NCBI RefSeq assembly: GCF_963921235.1
Contig: NC_086097.1
Location: forward strand, 125,428,001-125,492,000
DNA length: 64,000 nt
Reading direction: 5' to 3'
Origin: Mobula hypostoma
Lineage: Eukaryota
Positions 26,349 through 38,908 of this stretch are shown here, one piece after another; within the stretch, counting starts at the first letter, position 1; each line of letters starts with the position of its first letter. The notes beneath the pieces are model-generated. The model saw nothing but the letters and a program-made list of their open reading frames with translations, did not search any database and was not told the origin of the DNA. Made by a program: the position numbers and the translations under genes.

Positions 26349-26960
26349 TGTAAACATAACTTCGCTGGATCAAATAACGACAGCACAAAAAGGTGGTTAC
26401 TTATCTTTTCACCTGTTTATTTCTTCGAGCTCAACCGGTGAGTGAACTTGGACTCGACATCAGGGAGATAATCAATCTCATCTCCCCGGCGGTTCTACAA
26501 GTTCACTGCCTGATGTCAGAATTGTCAGAAGTTATAAGGCCACCGATACAAAAGAACAATCAATTTGATAAGCATTCCAGCCAAGTCAATAGACTATTGA
26601 TACAAAGAACAATCAATTTGCTGGACACTCTAGCCACCTTAATTAAAGAAAGGAACGTCCTACCTGGTTTGCTGGAGCCACAACTTAATTACAAAGATAA
26701 GAACATCCGTCAAATTTATGCTTTAATTAAGAAAGGAATGTTCCGTCTAATTTCCATCAGGTACTGCTTTTTGTCAAAATCAAAAGGTGTGAAAAGCCCA
26801 GAGACATCTTATGTGGATCTGGGCGAACTTTAACCCTTATCTTGCTCCAAAGAAAGCAGCTGTGAGACATTATTCGAACACACTGCAGTCACAGACATAG
26901 TCAGTACTTAATTCATTGTTTACAGAGATCTGAGAATCCCCCATTCCCTTAAACTTTACA
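26349..26960 (-). mobile_element. Probable solo LTR (612 bp) with internal short repeats
   Basis: TGTAAA...TTTACA termini, 5-bp flanks TCTTC/ACTTC, and a minus-strand AATAAA at 26416-26421 about 70 nt from the 3' end. Confidence 0.65.
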
Positions 26961-26971
26961 ACTTCTAGTAG

Positions 26972-27077
26972 TAACTTTTGGCGCCTCTTCCTATAGATGC
27001 TGCTTGGCCTGCTGCGTTCACCAGCAACTTTGATGTATGTTACTTGAATTTCCAGCATTTGCAGAATTCCTGTTGTT
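26972..27077 (+). mobile_element. Short Penelope-derived terminal-repeat insertion
   Basis: 12-bp TSD AACTTCTAGTAG (26960-26971 and 27078-27089). Confidence 0.8.
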
Positions 27078-28433
27078 AACTTCTAGTAGCCTTGGTTTTC
27101 TAATTGGGTAGGAACCACCAGCAGGACAGGACTTCCACCCATTCCACAAAAAACCTCACACGTAACAGTGAGCAGTTCCAACCACAGTACAGTACGAACT
27201 GGAAAGAGGAATGCGTGCATTCCATTGAGAAGTAAAGCTATAAAAACTGGGGTAAAGGCTGAGAGTTTGAAAGTCATCCTGCAGTTAGAAGCTAAAATCA
27301 GATGCATCCGTATTACAGTGGAGTAAACGAAATCTCAGAGATATGAGAGAGGAGCTGACCAAAGTTGATGGGAAGGGAACATGAGCAGGGATGACGGCTG
27401 AAAGGCAATTGCTGGAGTTTCTAGGAGCAATTCAGAAGGTGCAGAACAGATACATCCCAAAGATGAAGAAGTATTCTAAAGGGAGGATGAGGCAACTGTG
27501 TCTGACAAGGGAAGTCAAAGACAGCATAAAAGCAAAAGAGATGGTATATAATATAGCAAAAATAAGTGGGAACTTAGGGGACTGGGTGGTTTACAAAAAC
27601 GAACAGAAGGCAACTAAAAGAGTCATAAGAAGAGAAAAGATGAAATATGAAGGCAAGCTAGCCAATAATAGAAATGAAGATACCAAAGGTCAAAGAGAGG
27701 CAGAGTGGATGTTGGGAATGCTGAAAAAAATCGGGAACAAAGAAATGGCAGGGAAGCTCAATAAGTACTTTGCGTCAGTTTTCATTGTGAAGACACTAGC
27801 TGCATGCCAGAAATTCCAGAGTACCAGGGGACAGAAGTAAGTGTAGTTGACTACACCGCAAGGTTCTGAAAGAGATGACTGAAGGGATTGTGGAGAGATT
27901 AGTAGAGATCTTTCAAGAATCATTAGTTTCTGGAATGGTTCCAGAGTACCGGAAAATTGCAAATGTCACAGAATTCTTTAAGAAGCGAGGGAGGCAGAAG
28001 AAAGGAGATAATAGGACAGTTAGCCTGAATTCAGTGGTTGGGAAAAAGTTGGAGTTTATTATGAAGGATGAAGTTTCAGGGTTCTTAGAGCCACATGATT
28101 AAATAGCCCAATGTTAGCATGGTTTCCTTAAGAGGAAATCTTGCCTGACTAATCTGTTGGAATTCTTTGAGGAAATAACAAGCAGGATAGACAAAGGAGA
28201 GTCAGTGGATGTTGTCCACTTGCATTTTCTGAAGACCTTTGACAAGGGGTTGCACATGAGGCAGCTTAACAAGCTAAAAGTCCACGGTATTACAGGAAAT
28301 ATACGATCATGGATAGAAGATTAGCTGACTGAAGGAAGGCAAAGAGCAGGAATAAACTGTTCTGGTTGGCTGCCAGTGACTAGGGATGCCCTGCAGGGGT
28401 CGGTATTGGGACATCTTCTTTTCACGTTACATG

Positions 28434-30374
28434 TGAAATCCCAGTGTCCTTGGGCTGTGTACGTCCCGGGAATACACACTCTGGTCCTGCCAAATCCAGC
28501 GTCCTTGGGCTGTGTACGTCCCGGGAATACACACACCGGTCCTGCCAAATCCAGCGTCCTTGGGCTGTGTACGTCCCGGGAATACACACTCCGGTCCTGC
28601 CAAATCCAGCGTCCTTGGGCTGTGTACGTCCCGGGAATACACACTCCGGTCCTGCCAAATCCAGCGTCCTTGGGCTGTGTACGTCCCGGGAATACACACT
28701 CCGGTCCTGCCAAATCCAGCGTCCTTGGGCTGTGTACGTCCCGGGAATACACACTCCGGTCCTGCCAAATCCAGCGTCCTTGGGCTGTGTACGTCCCGGG
28801 AATACACACTCCGGTCCTGCCAAATCCAGCGGCCTTGGGCTGTGTACGTCCCGGGAATACACACTCCGGTCCTGCCAAATCCAGCGTCCTTGGGCTGTGT
28901 ACGTCCCGGGAATACACACTCCGGTCCTGCCAAATCCAGCGTCCTTGGGCTGTGTACGTCCCGGGAATACACACACCGGTCCTGCCAAATCCAGCGTCCT
29001 TGGGCTGTGTACGTCCCGGGAATACACACACCGGTCCTGCCAAATCCAGCGTCCTTGGGCTGTGTACGTCCCGGGAATACACACTCCGGTCCTGCCAAAT
29101 CCAGCGTCCTTGGGCTGTGTACGTCCCGGGAATACACACTCCGTCCTGTCAAATCCAGTGTCCTTGGGCTGTGTACGTCCCGGGAATACACACTCCGGTC
29201 CTGCCAAATTCAGTGTCCTTGGGCTGAATCTCTAGGGAATACACACTCCGTCCTGCCAAATCCGGTGTTCTTGGGCTGTGTACATCCAGGGAATACACAC
29301 TCCGTCCTGTCAAATCCAGTGTCCTTGGGCTGTGTACGTCCAGGGAATACACACTCCGGTCCTGCCAAATTCAGTGTCCTTGGGCTGTGTACGTCCCGGG
29401 AATACACACTCCGTCCTGTCAAATCCAGTGTCCTTGGGCTGTGTACATCCAGGGAATACACACTCCGGTCCTGCCAAATCCAGTGTCCTTGGGCTGTGTA
29501 CGTCCCGGGAATACACACTCCGTCCTGTCAAATCCAGTGTCCTTGGGCTGTGTACGTCCCGGGAATACACACTCCGGTCCTGCCAAATTCAGTGTCCTTG
29601 GGCTGAATCTCTAGGGAATACACACTCCGGTCCTGCCAAATTCAGTGTCCTTGGGCTGAATCTCTAGGGAATACACACTCCGTCCTGCCAAATCCGGTGT
29701 TCTTGGGCTGTGTACGTCCAGGGAATACACACTCCGTCCTGTCAAATCCAGTGTCCTTGGGCTGTGTACGTCCAGGGAATACACACTCCGTCCTGTCAAA
29801 TCCAGTGTCCTTGGGCTGTGTACGTCCAGGGAATACACACTCCGGTCTTGCCAAATTCAGTGTCCTTGGGCTGAATGTCTAGGAATACACACTCCGGTCC
29901 TTTGTGTAATTTGCTACCCTGGTACAACTGAGTGCCAAGAAATAGCAGACAGCATACTGCAAACGGTTAAAGAGATTATATTTACAAATGTTACTTAACC
30001 AAAGGGTTAGTAAGGAAAAGAAAGGAAAAAACAAAAAGGGTCCATTATAATTAAACAGTCAAATGTGCACAAGTTGAAGCTCAACTTTTCCAAAAGTCAT
30101 ATTCACCGATCCTCAGTAGACCTCTGCTTGTTCCATCAAATCACAGTCCCCACCGGGTCGAATCCTGCGATCCATTCTCTCCAGTATCTTCTCTCTTCAT
30201 CTCCCGCCAAACAAAAGCCCCACCTCACACTGATGTCAGGCAGACAAGAAAAACCCGCTCCCCTGATTGGATGACTTACATTCCAAAGCACCCGTTATCT
30301 CTAACCATAACCCGAACACTGCTTCTACAGACAGACCATTACGTTAGCAGTGAAACCGTTACCTGGGTGTTACA
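28434..30374 (-). mobile_element. Solo LTR related to the 10474-11076 LTR, containing a minisatellite expansion
   Basis: The minus strand starts TGTAACACCCAGGT and ends GGGATTTCA. Flanks are CATG/TATG. It shares CAACTTGTGCACATT.GACTGTTT and TTACTAACCCTTT with the 10474 LTR. Confidence 0.82.
28440..29900. repeat. Minisatellite, 55-bp unit (52-55 bp variants), ~27 copies
   Basis: Unit GTCCTTGGGCTGTGTACGTCCCGGGAATACACACTCCGGTCCTGCCAAATCCAGC, with starts at 28446, 28501, 28556, 28611 and so on. Confidence 0.97.
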
Positions 30375-31705
30375 TATGTCAATGATTTGAATGACAGCAT
30401 CGATGGCTTTGTGCCAAAGTTTGCAGACAATACAAAGATAGGTGGAGAGGCAGGTAGTGTTGAGGAAGCAGAGAGCCTGCAGAATGACTGAGATTGGGGG
30501 AATGAGCAAAGACGTGGCAGATTGAATTTAGTGAAGGGAAGTGCATGGTCACGCACTTTGGTAGAAGGAATAAAGGTGCAGACTATTTTCTAAACAGTAA
30601 GAAAATTCAAAAGTCAGAGATGGAAAGGAACTTGGGAGCCCTTGTGCAGGATGCCCTAAAGGTTAACTTGCAGATTGACTCGGTGGCAAGGAAGGCAAAT
30701 GCAACGTTAACATTTATTTCAAGAAGACGAGAATCAGACCACATGGAACATTGTGAACAGTGTTGGGCCCCTTATGTAAGAAAAGATGTGCTGGCATTGG
30801 AGAGTGTCCAGAGGAGGTTAAGAGAATGATTCCGGGAATGAAAGGATTATCATGTGAAGCATGTTTTATGGCTCTAGAGTTTAGAAGAATGAGGGGGGGA
30901 TTTCATGGAATCATATTGAATGTTGAAAGACCTAGACAGAGTAGATGTGGGGAGAATGTTTCCTGTAATGAGAGAGTACAGGGCCAGAGGGCACAGCCTC
31001 AGAAAAGAGAGATGAGAAGGATTTTCTTTAGCCATAGAGTATTGAATCTATGGAATTCATTGCCACAGTCGGCTGTGAAGGGCAAGTCATTTGGAAAATT
31101 TAAAGTGGATACTGACAGTTTCATGATTAGTCAGGGCGTTAAAGGTAACAGGGAGAAGGTAAGAGAATAGGCATGAGAGAGATAACAAATCAGCCATAAT
31201 GGAATGGAAGGGCAGACTCAATGAGCTAAATGGCAAAATTCTGCTCCTATGTTTCATGGTCTTATGAGGCTGCTGCAGTGGGAGAAATTGGTTGCAACTG
31301 AGATGTCTAAGGAATACTTTCTTGAGGCTGCTACTAGGTCGTCGTCTTCAATATGTCATCCATACATCGATTTAACTGATCTCTCTTTTATTCCACCACA
31401 ATCTTTTAAATGATTTAACTGGAGACTTAATAAGGAAATTAACAACCAGATGAAAAGCCTACGTTTTAAATAGGTGGCACCAAGATTCCAGAAAATAATG
31501 AGCATTGCAAACTTCATGTACTATTAACATGGCAACAACAGAATTACAGAAGCTAAACAGGTTTCCCTCTCTTGGTTTTAGTTAAAGACAAGCCAGATGA
31601 AGGAATCAGGAAACAGGAATGGCTGGGGATCATACCAATTCATAGAGTGTAAAAAAAGGTAAAATCACTAAGAATTAACTTTATTTGCCATATAAATTAA
31701 ATCTA

Positions 31706-32542
31706 CAATAGATTCCCATTAATTAGGCCATCTGTTAATTGGGGAAGTCACTTCTTTGGGGCAATAAGCCACTTAAAGAACACAATCAAATCAAGAAAAA
31801 AGCCAGGCTTCCCTTCGTTTATTTGGGACACAGTGCTGCTAAATTGGGACAGGAGACTGTGGCAGATCAGTTTATAATTAGCGACAGTTGCACGCACTTG
31901 TATGACTGTTAGATGCTACACCATGCTTAGAGCAGTTTTTAAGTAGCATCAGTCGTGTGTGTTTCTGTTCAAAAAGCAGTGATATTTGCCACTGATAGTT
32001 GGCAAGTAATAAGCAGTAAGACAATCCGGATCTCTTTTGCGCTGTGCAGTTTCAAGCCTTGAGGCCTAGAGATGCCAGAAATGGCCGGGAGTGAAAATGA
32101 AATAATTTCACTACTTCAACAAGTTGGGAACTATGAAGAATTTGAAGATATTGATAATCATCTTGAATATTGCAATGAAAATGAAGATTTGGAGGATGCA
32201 ATCATCAAAAGCATTGTACAAAGGCAGTCCATTATCTGCTCTAGATGTATGTGCTGATTTTGTTCATTTACAGTCAATCAAAAGAACACAGTAGCATGCA
32301 CTGGATGAATTCCTGTTAATAACTACTAGGAACTAATACACAGTTTTATAGTACTACAGTAGTATTAGTAGTGTTCTAATTTGTTCAGTATTTCATTAAA
32401 ATATTTGTTACTCAGTTAAATAGTAGTTTGCCTTTTTTATAACTTTTGACTATTTCCATGAAACATCTGCTAATTAAGACAGCTGCTTAATTGGGCCAAA
32501 ATGTTCTGGTCACAAGGTGTCCCAATGAACCAGAATCCACTG
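31706..32542 (+). mobile_element. Tigger/pogo-like non-autonomous DNA transposon
   Basis: Right TIR GTCCCAATGAACCAGAATCCACTG+TA and a decayed left TIR TA+CAATAGATTCCCATTAATT. Acidic transposase C-terminal-like fragment at 32072-32257. Confidence 0.65.
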
Positions 32543-32609
32543 TATTAAGAATTTGCTGTGTAAAATGAGGGAATGATAAATAAAAATTATGTATATTGAT
32601 CTTCAGATA

Positions 32610-33990
32610 CAAGATTCAAGATTGTTTAATGTCATTTCCTGTACACAAGTGATACTAGGCTGTCCATATGGTGAGTAACAGGAAATAATAAAGTAGCGGT
32701 GCAGTTAGTGGCTGCAGGTGTTGATCAGTCTTACTGCTTGGGGACACTAACTGTTTTTGAGTCTGCTGGTCCTGGCGTGGGTGCTATGTAGCCTCCTCCC
32801 TGAAGGGAGTGGGACAAACAGTTCACAGGCAGAGTGGGTGGAATCTTTCATGATGTTACTGGCCCTTTTCCACCACCTTTCTGTATGTATGTCCTTCATG
32901 GCGGTTGACTGGTGCCAGTGATGCGTTAGGCATTTTTGACCACCCATTGTAGAGCCTTCCTATTTGCCGCAGTGCAGACAGTGGTTTAGGCTAGCAGGAT
33001 GCTCCCTACTGCGTATCTGTAGAATGCCATGAGTACGGACGTGCAAAGTCCAGTTCTCTCCAGCCTCCTCTGAAAGTAGAGGCACTGGTGAGCTTTTTTG
33101 ACTGTGCAGGATGTGTTCTGGGACTATGAGAGGTTGTATTTGCTGTGCGGTCCCTGAAGTTTGAAACTGCTTGCAGTTTCCTTTGCTGTGCCACCAATAT
33201 AAAGCAGGCTGCGAGTAATGAGAATTCTCCTGAAGTTGATAACCTTTGACTTTAATGGCACAAAACTAGTCTGCTGCATCAATGGCTTCAGGACTGCCTG
33301 GTGAAGGAAATCATTGAAATAAAACACGAGGAAAATAATTTTAACAAGACAAAGGTCTCGCTCTAAGTAAGAACTGGAATTTGATGGTAAATAAGCAGAA
33401 ACCTGATTGGATGAGGACTAACCAATCAAGAGGGACGGACAACAGGGGTTCAAGCACCACCAGACTAGACATACCCAGGCATCATGTCTGATGAAGATGG
33501 CAGAGTCTGTCATTGAAATGTCAGTTAAAATCAATACTTGTGCCTGGCTGGAAGCCCAAGAAGAGTTTATTTGTAACCTTTGTCTTGTTGACATTAAGGA
33601 AGAGTTTGTTTGAAATCTGGCCTCAGGTTATTTCACCTCCTCTCTGTGCACTATCTCATCGTTGTTGGTGATGTTCCCCACCACTGTCGTGTCAGCAGCA
33701 AGCTTGACGATGTGATTGCTCGGGTGTTTGGCCGTGCAGTTGTGCATGAGCTCAGCACACAGCCCTGGGGACACCTGTGCCGAGGATGACAGGGAGGGAG
33801 AAGAGGTTGTACATCCTGACTACCTGAGGTCTGTTTGTTAGGGAGTCTAACACACATTGCACAGTGATATATTTAGACTGAGGAGCAGGAGTTTGCTTAC
33901 CAAAGTCTGTGGGACAATGATTTTGAATGCTGAACTGAAATCCAGAAACAGCATTCCGACATAAGTGTCCTTGTTTCCTGGTAGGCAGCA
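32610..33990 (-). mobile_element. Rex1/L2-like LINE fragment (decayed RT to 3' tail)
   Basis: Minus-strand fragments CPQGCVLS, IVKLAADTTVVG and LPSGRR..S..ARTSRLKNS. Tail (GAATCTT)n. Confidence 0.7.
33249..33573 (+). mobile_element. Second Penelope family (Poseidon-like), 3' fragment with hammerhead-like motif at 33488-33522
   Basis: Peptide FNGTKLV...LVKEIIEIKHEENNFN..GLALSKNW (frameshifted GIY-YIG C-terminus). TSD TAACCTTTG (33240-33248 and 33574-33582). Confidence 0.7.
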
Positions 33991-33994
33991 AGAC

Positions 33995-34580
33995 AAAGAC
34001 CTACTCCCATCAAACATGTTGGTCTGTGGCCTCCTCTACTGTCATGGTGAGGCCACCCTTAAGTTGGAGGCACAACACCTCATATTCCACCTGGGAAGCC
34101 ACCAACATTGATTCCTCCAACTTCTGGTAACTTTGCTTCCCTCCCCCTTCTCTCTTACCATTCCCCATTCTGGTCCTCTCTTATTCTTTCTCTTCTCTTC
34201 ACCTGTCCATCACCTCTCTCTAGTGCCCCTCCTTCCCCTGCTCTCATGGTCCACTCTCCTCTCCTATCAGATTCTTCCTTCTTTCATCCTTTACCTCTTC
34301 CAGCTGACAACTCCCAGCTTCTCACTTCATCCCCCCTTCTCCACCCACCTACCCACCCTCTCACCTGGTCTCACCTGTCACTTACCAGCTTGTACTCCTT
34401 CCCCTCTGCCCACCCTCTGATTCTGGCTTCTTCCCTCTTCCTTTCCGGACCTGATGAAGAGCCCCAGCCTGAAATGTAGATGGTTTATTCCTCTCTGAAG
34501 ATGCTACCTGACCTGCTGAATTACTTTAGCATTTTGCATGTATTTTCTGGATTTCCAGCAGCTACAGAACTTCTTGTGTA
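33995..34580 (+). mobile_element. Penelope-like 3' fragment (Neptune-type)
   Basis: Homologous to 22700-23176, with a degenerate hammerhead at ~34446-34480. Confidence 0.75.
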
Positions 34581-36379
34581 CAAGAGTAGGATTGGGATTG
34601 CAAAATATAAGAGATGACCAAACAATAGATAGGAAAAGAGAAATCTATAAGGATATAAGGTTGAACAAGAGCAACAAACTGAGAAAAAAAGTCTTGAAAA
34701 ACAAAAAAAAAAGTTCACTTGATAAGGCAATTCACTTGAGGTTAAGCTTGTTTGGAATGAATATAGTTGGGGTAAAGTGGGGCAATATGATAAGATAAAC
34801 ATAAACAGTCTGAACCACCAAAGCAACACGCACAAAATGCTGGTAGAACTCAGAATGAACCAATGAATCTGGATCGCATCTGCTCAATGGATCTGGAGAA
34901 GACATTGCAAATAAAATGTGTGCCTTAACAAAAAATTCCAAGAAGAAAGGGGGTGCCAAAGGATGTAGAAAAAGGCAGATATTGCAAGTCTAATAACTGG
35001 AGATGAGTCGCCTATCTTCTGCAACATGAAAGACATTAGATTCTGTGGCCGAGATAGAAGGGGCATTAAAAAATATGTTTTAAAAATCAGTTTGTATTCC
35101 AAAACACTTTGATCCAAATAAATTTTTGTGAGAGGTACAGAAAAAAAAGCAGATAAGGTTAATGCATAGTGACTTGGATCTATGTTTATCATGTATTGCA
35201 TTGTACTGCAGCCGCAGCGTTAACAAATTTCACAACAAATGCCAGTGACATTAAACCTGATTCTGATTTTTGATTCAGAATAGGTCTTTCATAAAGTTCA
35301 AAGTTCAAAGTAAAGTTATTAGCAATGTATGTATATGTCACCATATACTACCCTGAGATTCATTTTCTTGTAGGCATTCACAATAGATGCAAAAAAGCAG
35401 AGTAGACTTATATTAAATGCTTCAGCATGTATTTTATTTGATTAAGCAACTAATCATATTTTTGCTAACTGACTGACAAGTTGGCTGGACATAGGTAGTA
35501 AGGACAGTACTTTCTTATATCAGGGCAGAAAATTCCATTTCCAATCATTATTTGGAACCTTGTCATTCATAATTTACATTAATGACTTTGATCCAGGGAT
35601 ACGTAACTTGTAAATGATATCAAACTGAGAGAGTACAGCTAGTAGCCCAGAGGACGAAGACACTAAGATATATTAGAAAGTTTCCATACTGAGTGGTGAA
35701 GTGACAGATGTTCATAATAGCCTATGGCTTAAACAAATTAAAAAGAAACAGACACAGGGATGGAAAAGTAAAGTAGGAATATATCTAAAGAAATCATTAA
35801 TACCATCATCACTTGGCAACTTAAATCTTACTAGATTCTAAACAACTTAAAATCTAATAACGTGGAGATTTATTTTTAGTGTACTAAATTCAAACTTAAA
35901 TTAAACTTCTACAAATTTGATCATGTAATAGTCTGCCTATAAAGAAAAGGACGTGAGATGATGCAAATGCTCTTTATGTAGACAATACCAGAATAATAGA
36001 TTGTAATTATAAAGATTTAACCTATTGGGAGAGACTTGGAGCAAACTAACAGTTTTAAGGAGTTATAATGGTGTAAGATAATGTCATGGGTGATGGATGA
36101 CATATATTGTTCATAATAGAAACTGTTCTATATAATTTACAAATACTGTTACTGAGTTTATGTGTTTTCTTTAGAGACAGTGTCTGATGTAATATAAAGC
36201 GACTGTTTTTAGTGTTTTTTGTTGGTAATAGAAGTAAAGGGCTGTGGCTTTTGATAAACACATAAAATGACTCTCATGTTTTAGTCACCAAATCCTACAT
36301 TGATACAATGGAGTTTGGGTTGTTATCCTGTACCCCCAGTAAATTCCCCACGGTGACTCTGTGCAGCACACGCATTACC

Positions 36380-38200
36380 ACATGTGAATTCACTTGCCTG
36401 CTGGGCAAATTCCCAAGCCTCACCAAGCCGGCGTTTTCCACTACAGTTACAAAGCATGGGGTCAAGCACCACATTTCCACAACTGGCTCACCGGTCCACA
36501 CGCGTTTGCGTAGACTGGACTCAGAAAACCTGGCCAGTGCGAAGGCTGAGTTCGATAACATGGAAACGCTTGGCATTGTACGCAAGTTGAATAGCTTTTG
36601 GTCCCTAAGCCCGATGATGGGTGCCGGCCATGCTGTGATTACTTCCACCTTAACGAGGCCACCATCTCCAATCGTTATCTGGTGCCAAATGTTCAAGACT
36701 TTTCACATGTTTAGCTAGAAAGATGCAAGTGCCTGTGTGTACCGAGGTCATTCCCAAAACTGCTGTTTCAACCCAGTCTGGCCTATTTGAGTTTCTGTGC
36801 ATGCCATTTGAGCTAAAAAAAAAATGCAGCCAGACTTTCCAATGACTAATGGACTTTGTGTTAAAAGATTTAGATTTTCTTTTTATTTATCTGAATGACA
36901 TACTTACCGCCTGCACATCCAAAACTAAACATTTATCACATCTCGGCACACTCTTCAAGCGCTTAAACCAACATGGGCTGATTATTAACCCCGCTAAATA
37001 CCAGTTCAGGTTGTCTACTATTGATTTCTCTGCCACCACATCTCCGCAGAAGGTACAATGCCCCTGCCATCAATAGTTGTCATTATTATGGGCTTTCCGC
37101 TGCCCCCAAATACCAAAGCACAGCAAGGGTTTTGAGGTATGGCTAATTTCTATCATTGTTTCATTCCGCGAACTGCCGAATTTATGCTCCCCTTGTTGTC
37201 ACGGACTCCATGACGGGGATAAAGAACGAGCAGAGATGGAAAACACTTTGGAGTCTCGTATTGCTATAAACTAATAATATTTATTAGTAACTATGCAATA
37301 CAGTAATATAAATGTAAATAAATCAAACAGGTTAGCAATGATTATATATAAAATTAAGTGTGGAATATATATGTATGAAAAAAACAAGCTTCGTTAAGTC
37401 TAGGGGTAAAAAGATACAGTCTTACGATGTTGAGTAAAGTTCAGTTCAGTTCAGTTCGTGGTATTTAGTTGAGAAGTGATGGAGAGAGAGAGAGAAAGAG
37501 TGGGTTGAGTCTTCAGGTGAGCTGATGCCGTCAATCTTCTCGTCGTCCTCCGAAGTCCTTTACAAGTCACCGACTGTGACTTTAACCAGGGGGACCGGTC
37601 TTCTGTGGTGGAGCTATCACCCAGGCGAGGGTGGACACATAGACAACTCCCCACCAGTCAACCCCTTCTTCACCGATGGAATAGCACTTTGGATCGATCC
37701 GCCTGATCGATCCTCCAAAACCCACTTTCTCTGCGGGCACAACAATGCTCATTCAGTGTCCAGATCATGTGTCCTGAGTCTGTATCATCTGACCTCCCAT
37801 TTATTTCTCTGTGCTGAGCATCTCCTGTCATTCAAAGAGTCCCTCCCTCCTTAGTCTGTAAAGGAGTGCAAGCAGGCAACATGTGCTTGAAAGTAACATC
37901 AACAACCAGCCTTTGGTCACCATAGCAACCTTCGAGCTGCTCGGCGCCGTCTCCAACTCCAAACTCAGTAAAACTCCAAAGTTAATTCCAATGCCTTAAA
38001 GTGACAGTCCAACCGTTAATCTTCATCTCTCTCTCTCTTTTCAAACAAACCATCAATGATGAATGTCTCTCTCTGTCTCTCTTCAAACAGTTACTAGGGG
38101 CACTCCAGGATCCCCTCACATTGTATACTGCCCTTAAAGGCAGTGCCCCTAATCAGATGCTTGAGTGGTCAGCGGACATGATCAGAGCACTTCATGACAC
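36380..38200 (+). mobile_element. Gypsy/Ty3 pol relic (RT region), split by a solo LTR
   Basis: HGVKHHISTTGSPVHTRLRRL..AKAEFDNMETLGIVR and FIYLNDIL (YLDD variant). Resumes after the insert as LYTALKG...LEWS. Confidence 0.82.
37197..38120 (-). mobile_element. Solo LTR (924 bp)
   Basis: TGTCACGG...CCTCACA termini, perfect TSD TTGT (37193-37196 and 38121-38124), and a minus-strand AATAAA near 37280. Confidence 0.85.
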
Positions 38201-38239
38201 CATTCTCTTGCTCTCCACAGCTCTACTAACTTTGAGAGT

Positions 38240-38908
38240 ATGTTGACAGATCTTGGGGTCCATGTGCATAGGTCCCTCAAAATTGCCCTGCAGGTTGATA
38301 GAGTTAAGAAAGTCTATGGTGTGTTGGCCTTCATTAGTTGGGGTATTGAATTCAAGAGTTGTGAGGTAATGTTGCAGTTCTATAAAATTCCAGTTATACC
38401 ACAATTGGAATATTGTGCTCAGTTCTGGTCACCTCATTGTAGGAAGGATCTAGAAGCTTTAGAGAGTACAGGATGCCACCTGGATTCAAGAGCGTGTCTT
38501 ATGAGGATCGGTTGAGCAAGTTAGGTCTTTTCTCGTTGGAGCGAAGGAGGATGTGGGGTGACGATAGAGGTGTACAAGATGATAAGGGTGATAGATCAAG
38601 TGGTAGCCAGAGACATTTTCCCAGGGCAGAAATGGCTAATACAAGGGTGCATAACTTTTAAAGTGATTGGAAGAAAGTATAGGGAACATCAAAGTAAGTT
38701 TTTAAAATTATTTATTTCACAGAGAGGGCAATGGTAGAGGCAGATACATTTGGGACCTTTAAGAAACTCTTAGACAGGCACATGGATGATAAAAAAAATG
38801 GAGGGCTGTGTAGAAGTGAAGGATTAGATTGTTCTTGGAGTAGGTTAAAAGATAGGCACTGCATTATGGGCTGAAGGGCCTGTACTGTGCTGTATTGTTC
38901 TATGTTCA
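38240..38908 (+). mobile_element. CR1 3' fragment
   Basis: LEYCAQFWSPH and LGLFSLERRR, followed by a CR1 3' UTR. Similar fragments lie at 39190-39690(-), 47220-47790(+) and 50160-52715(+). Confidence 0.85.

Larger units (their letters stand above)
27340..31266 (+). mobile_element. CR1 LINE, decayed, split by a solo LTR at 28434-30374
   Basis: RT fragments on both sides. Removing the insert restores LFTL(H/Y)VNDLND..DGFVPKFADNTK. Confidence 0.88.

Noticed and set aside
26393..26833. 146-aa plus-strand ORF as a host gene
   Set aside because: It has a GTG start and no recognisable domain, and it lies inside a probable solo LTR with internal repeats.
28321..29882. Long overlapping ORFs (250-364 aa) on both strands; superficial CRISPR-like periodicity
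   Set aside because: They are produced by a stop-free 55-bp tandem unit. There are no unique spacers and no cas genes, and the context is vertebrate.
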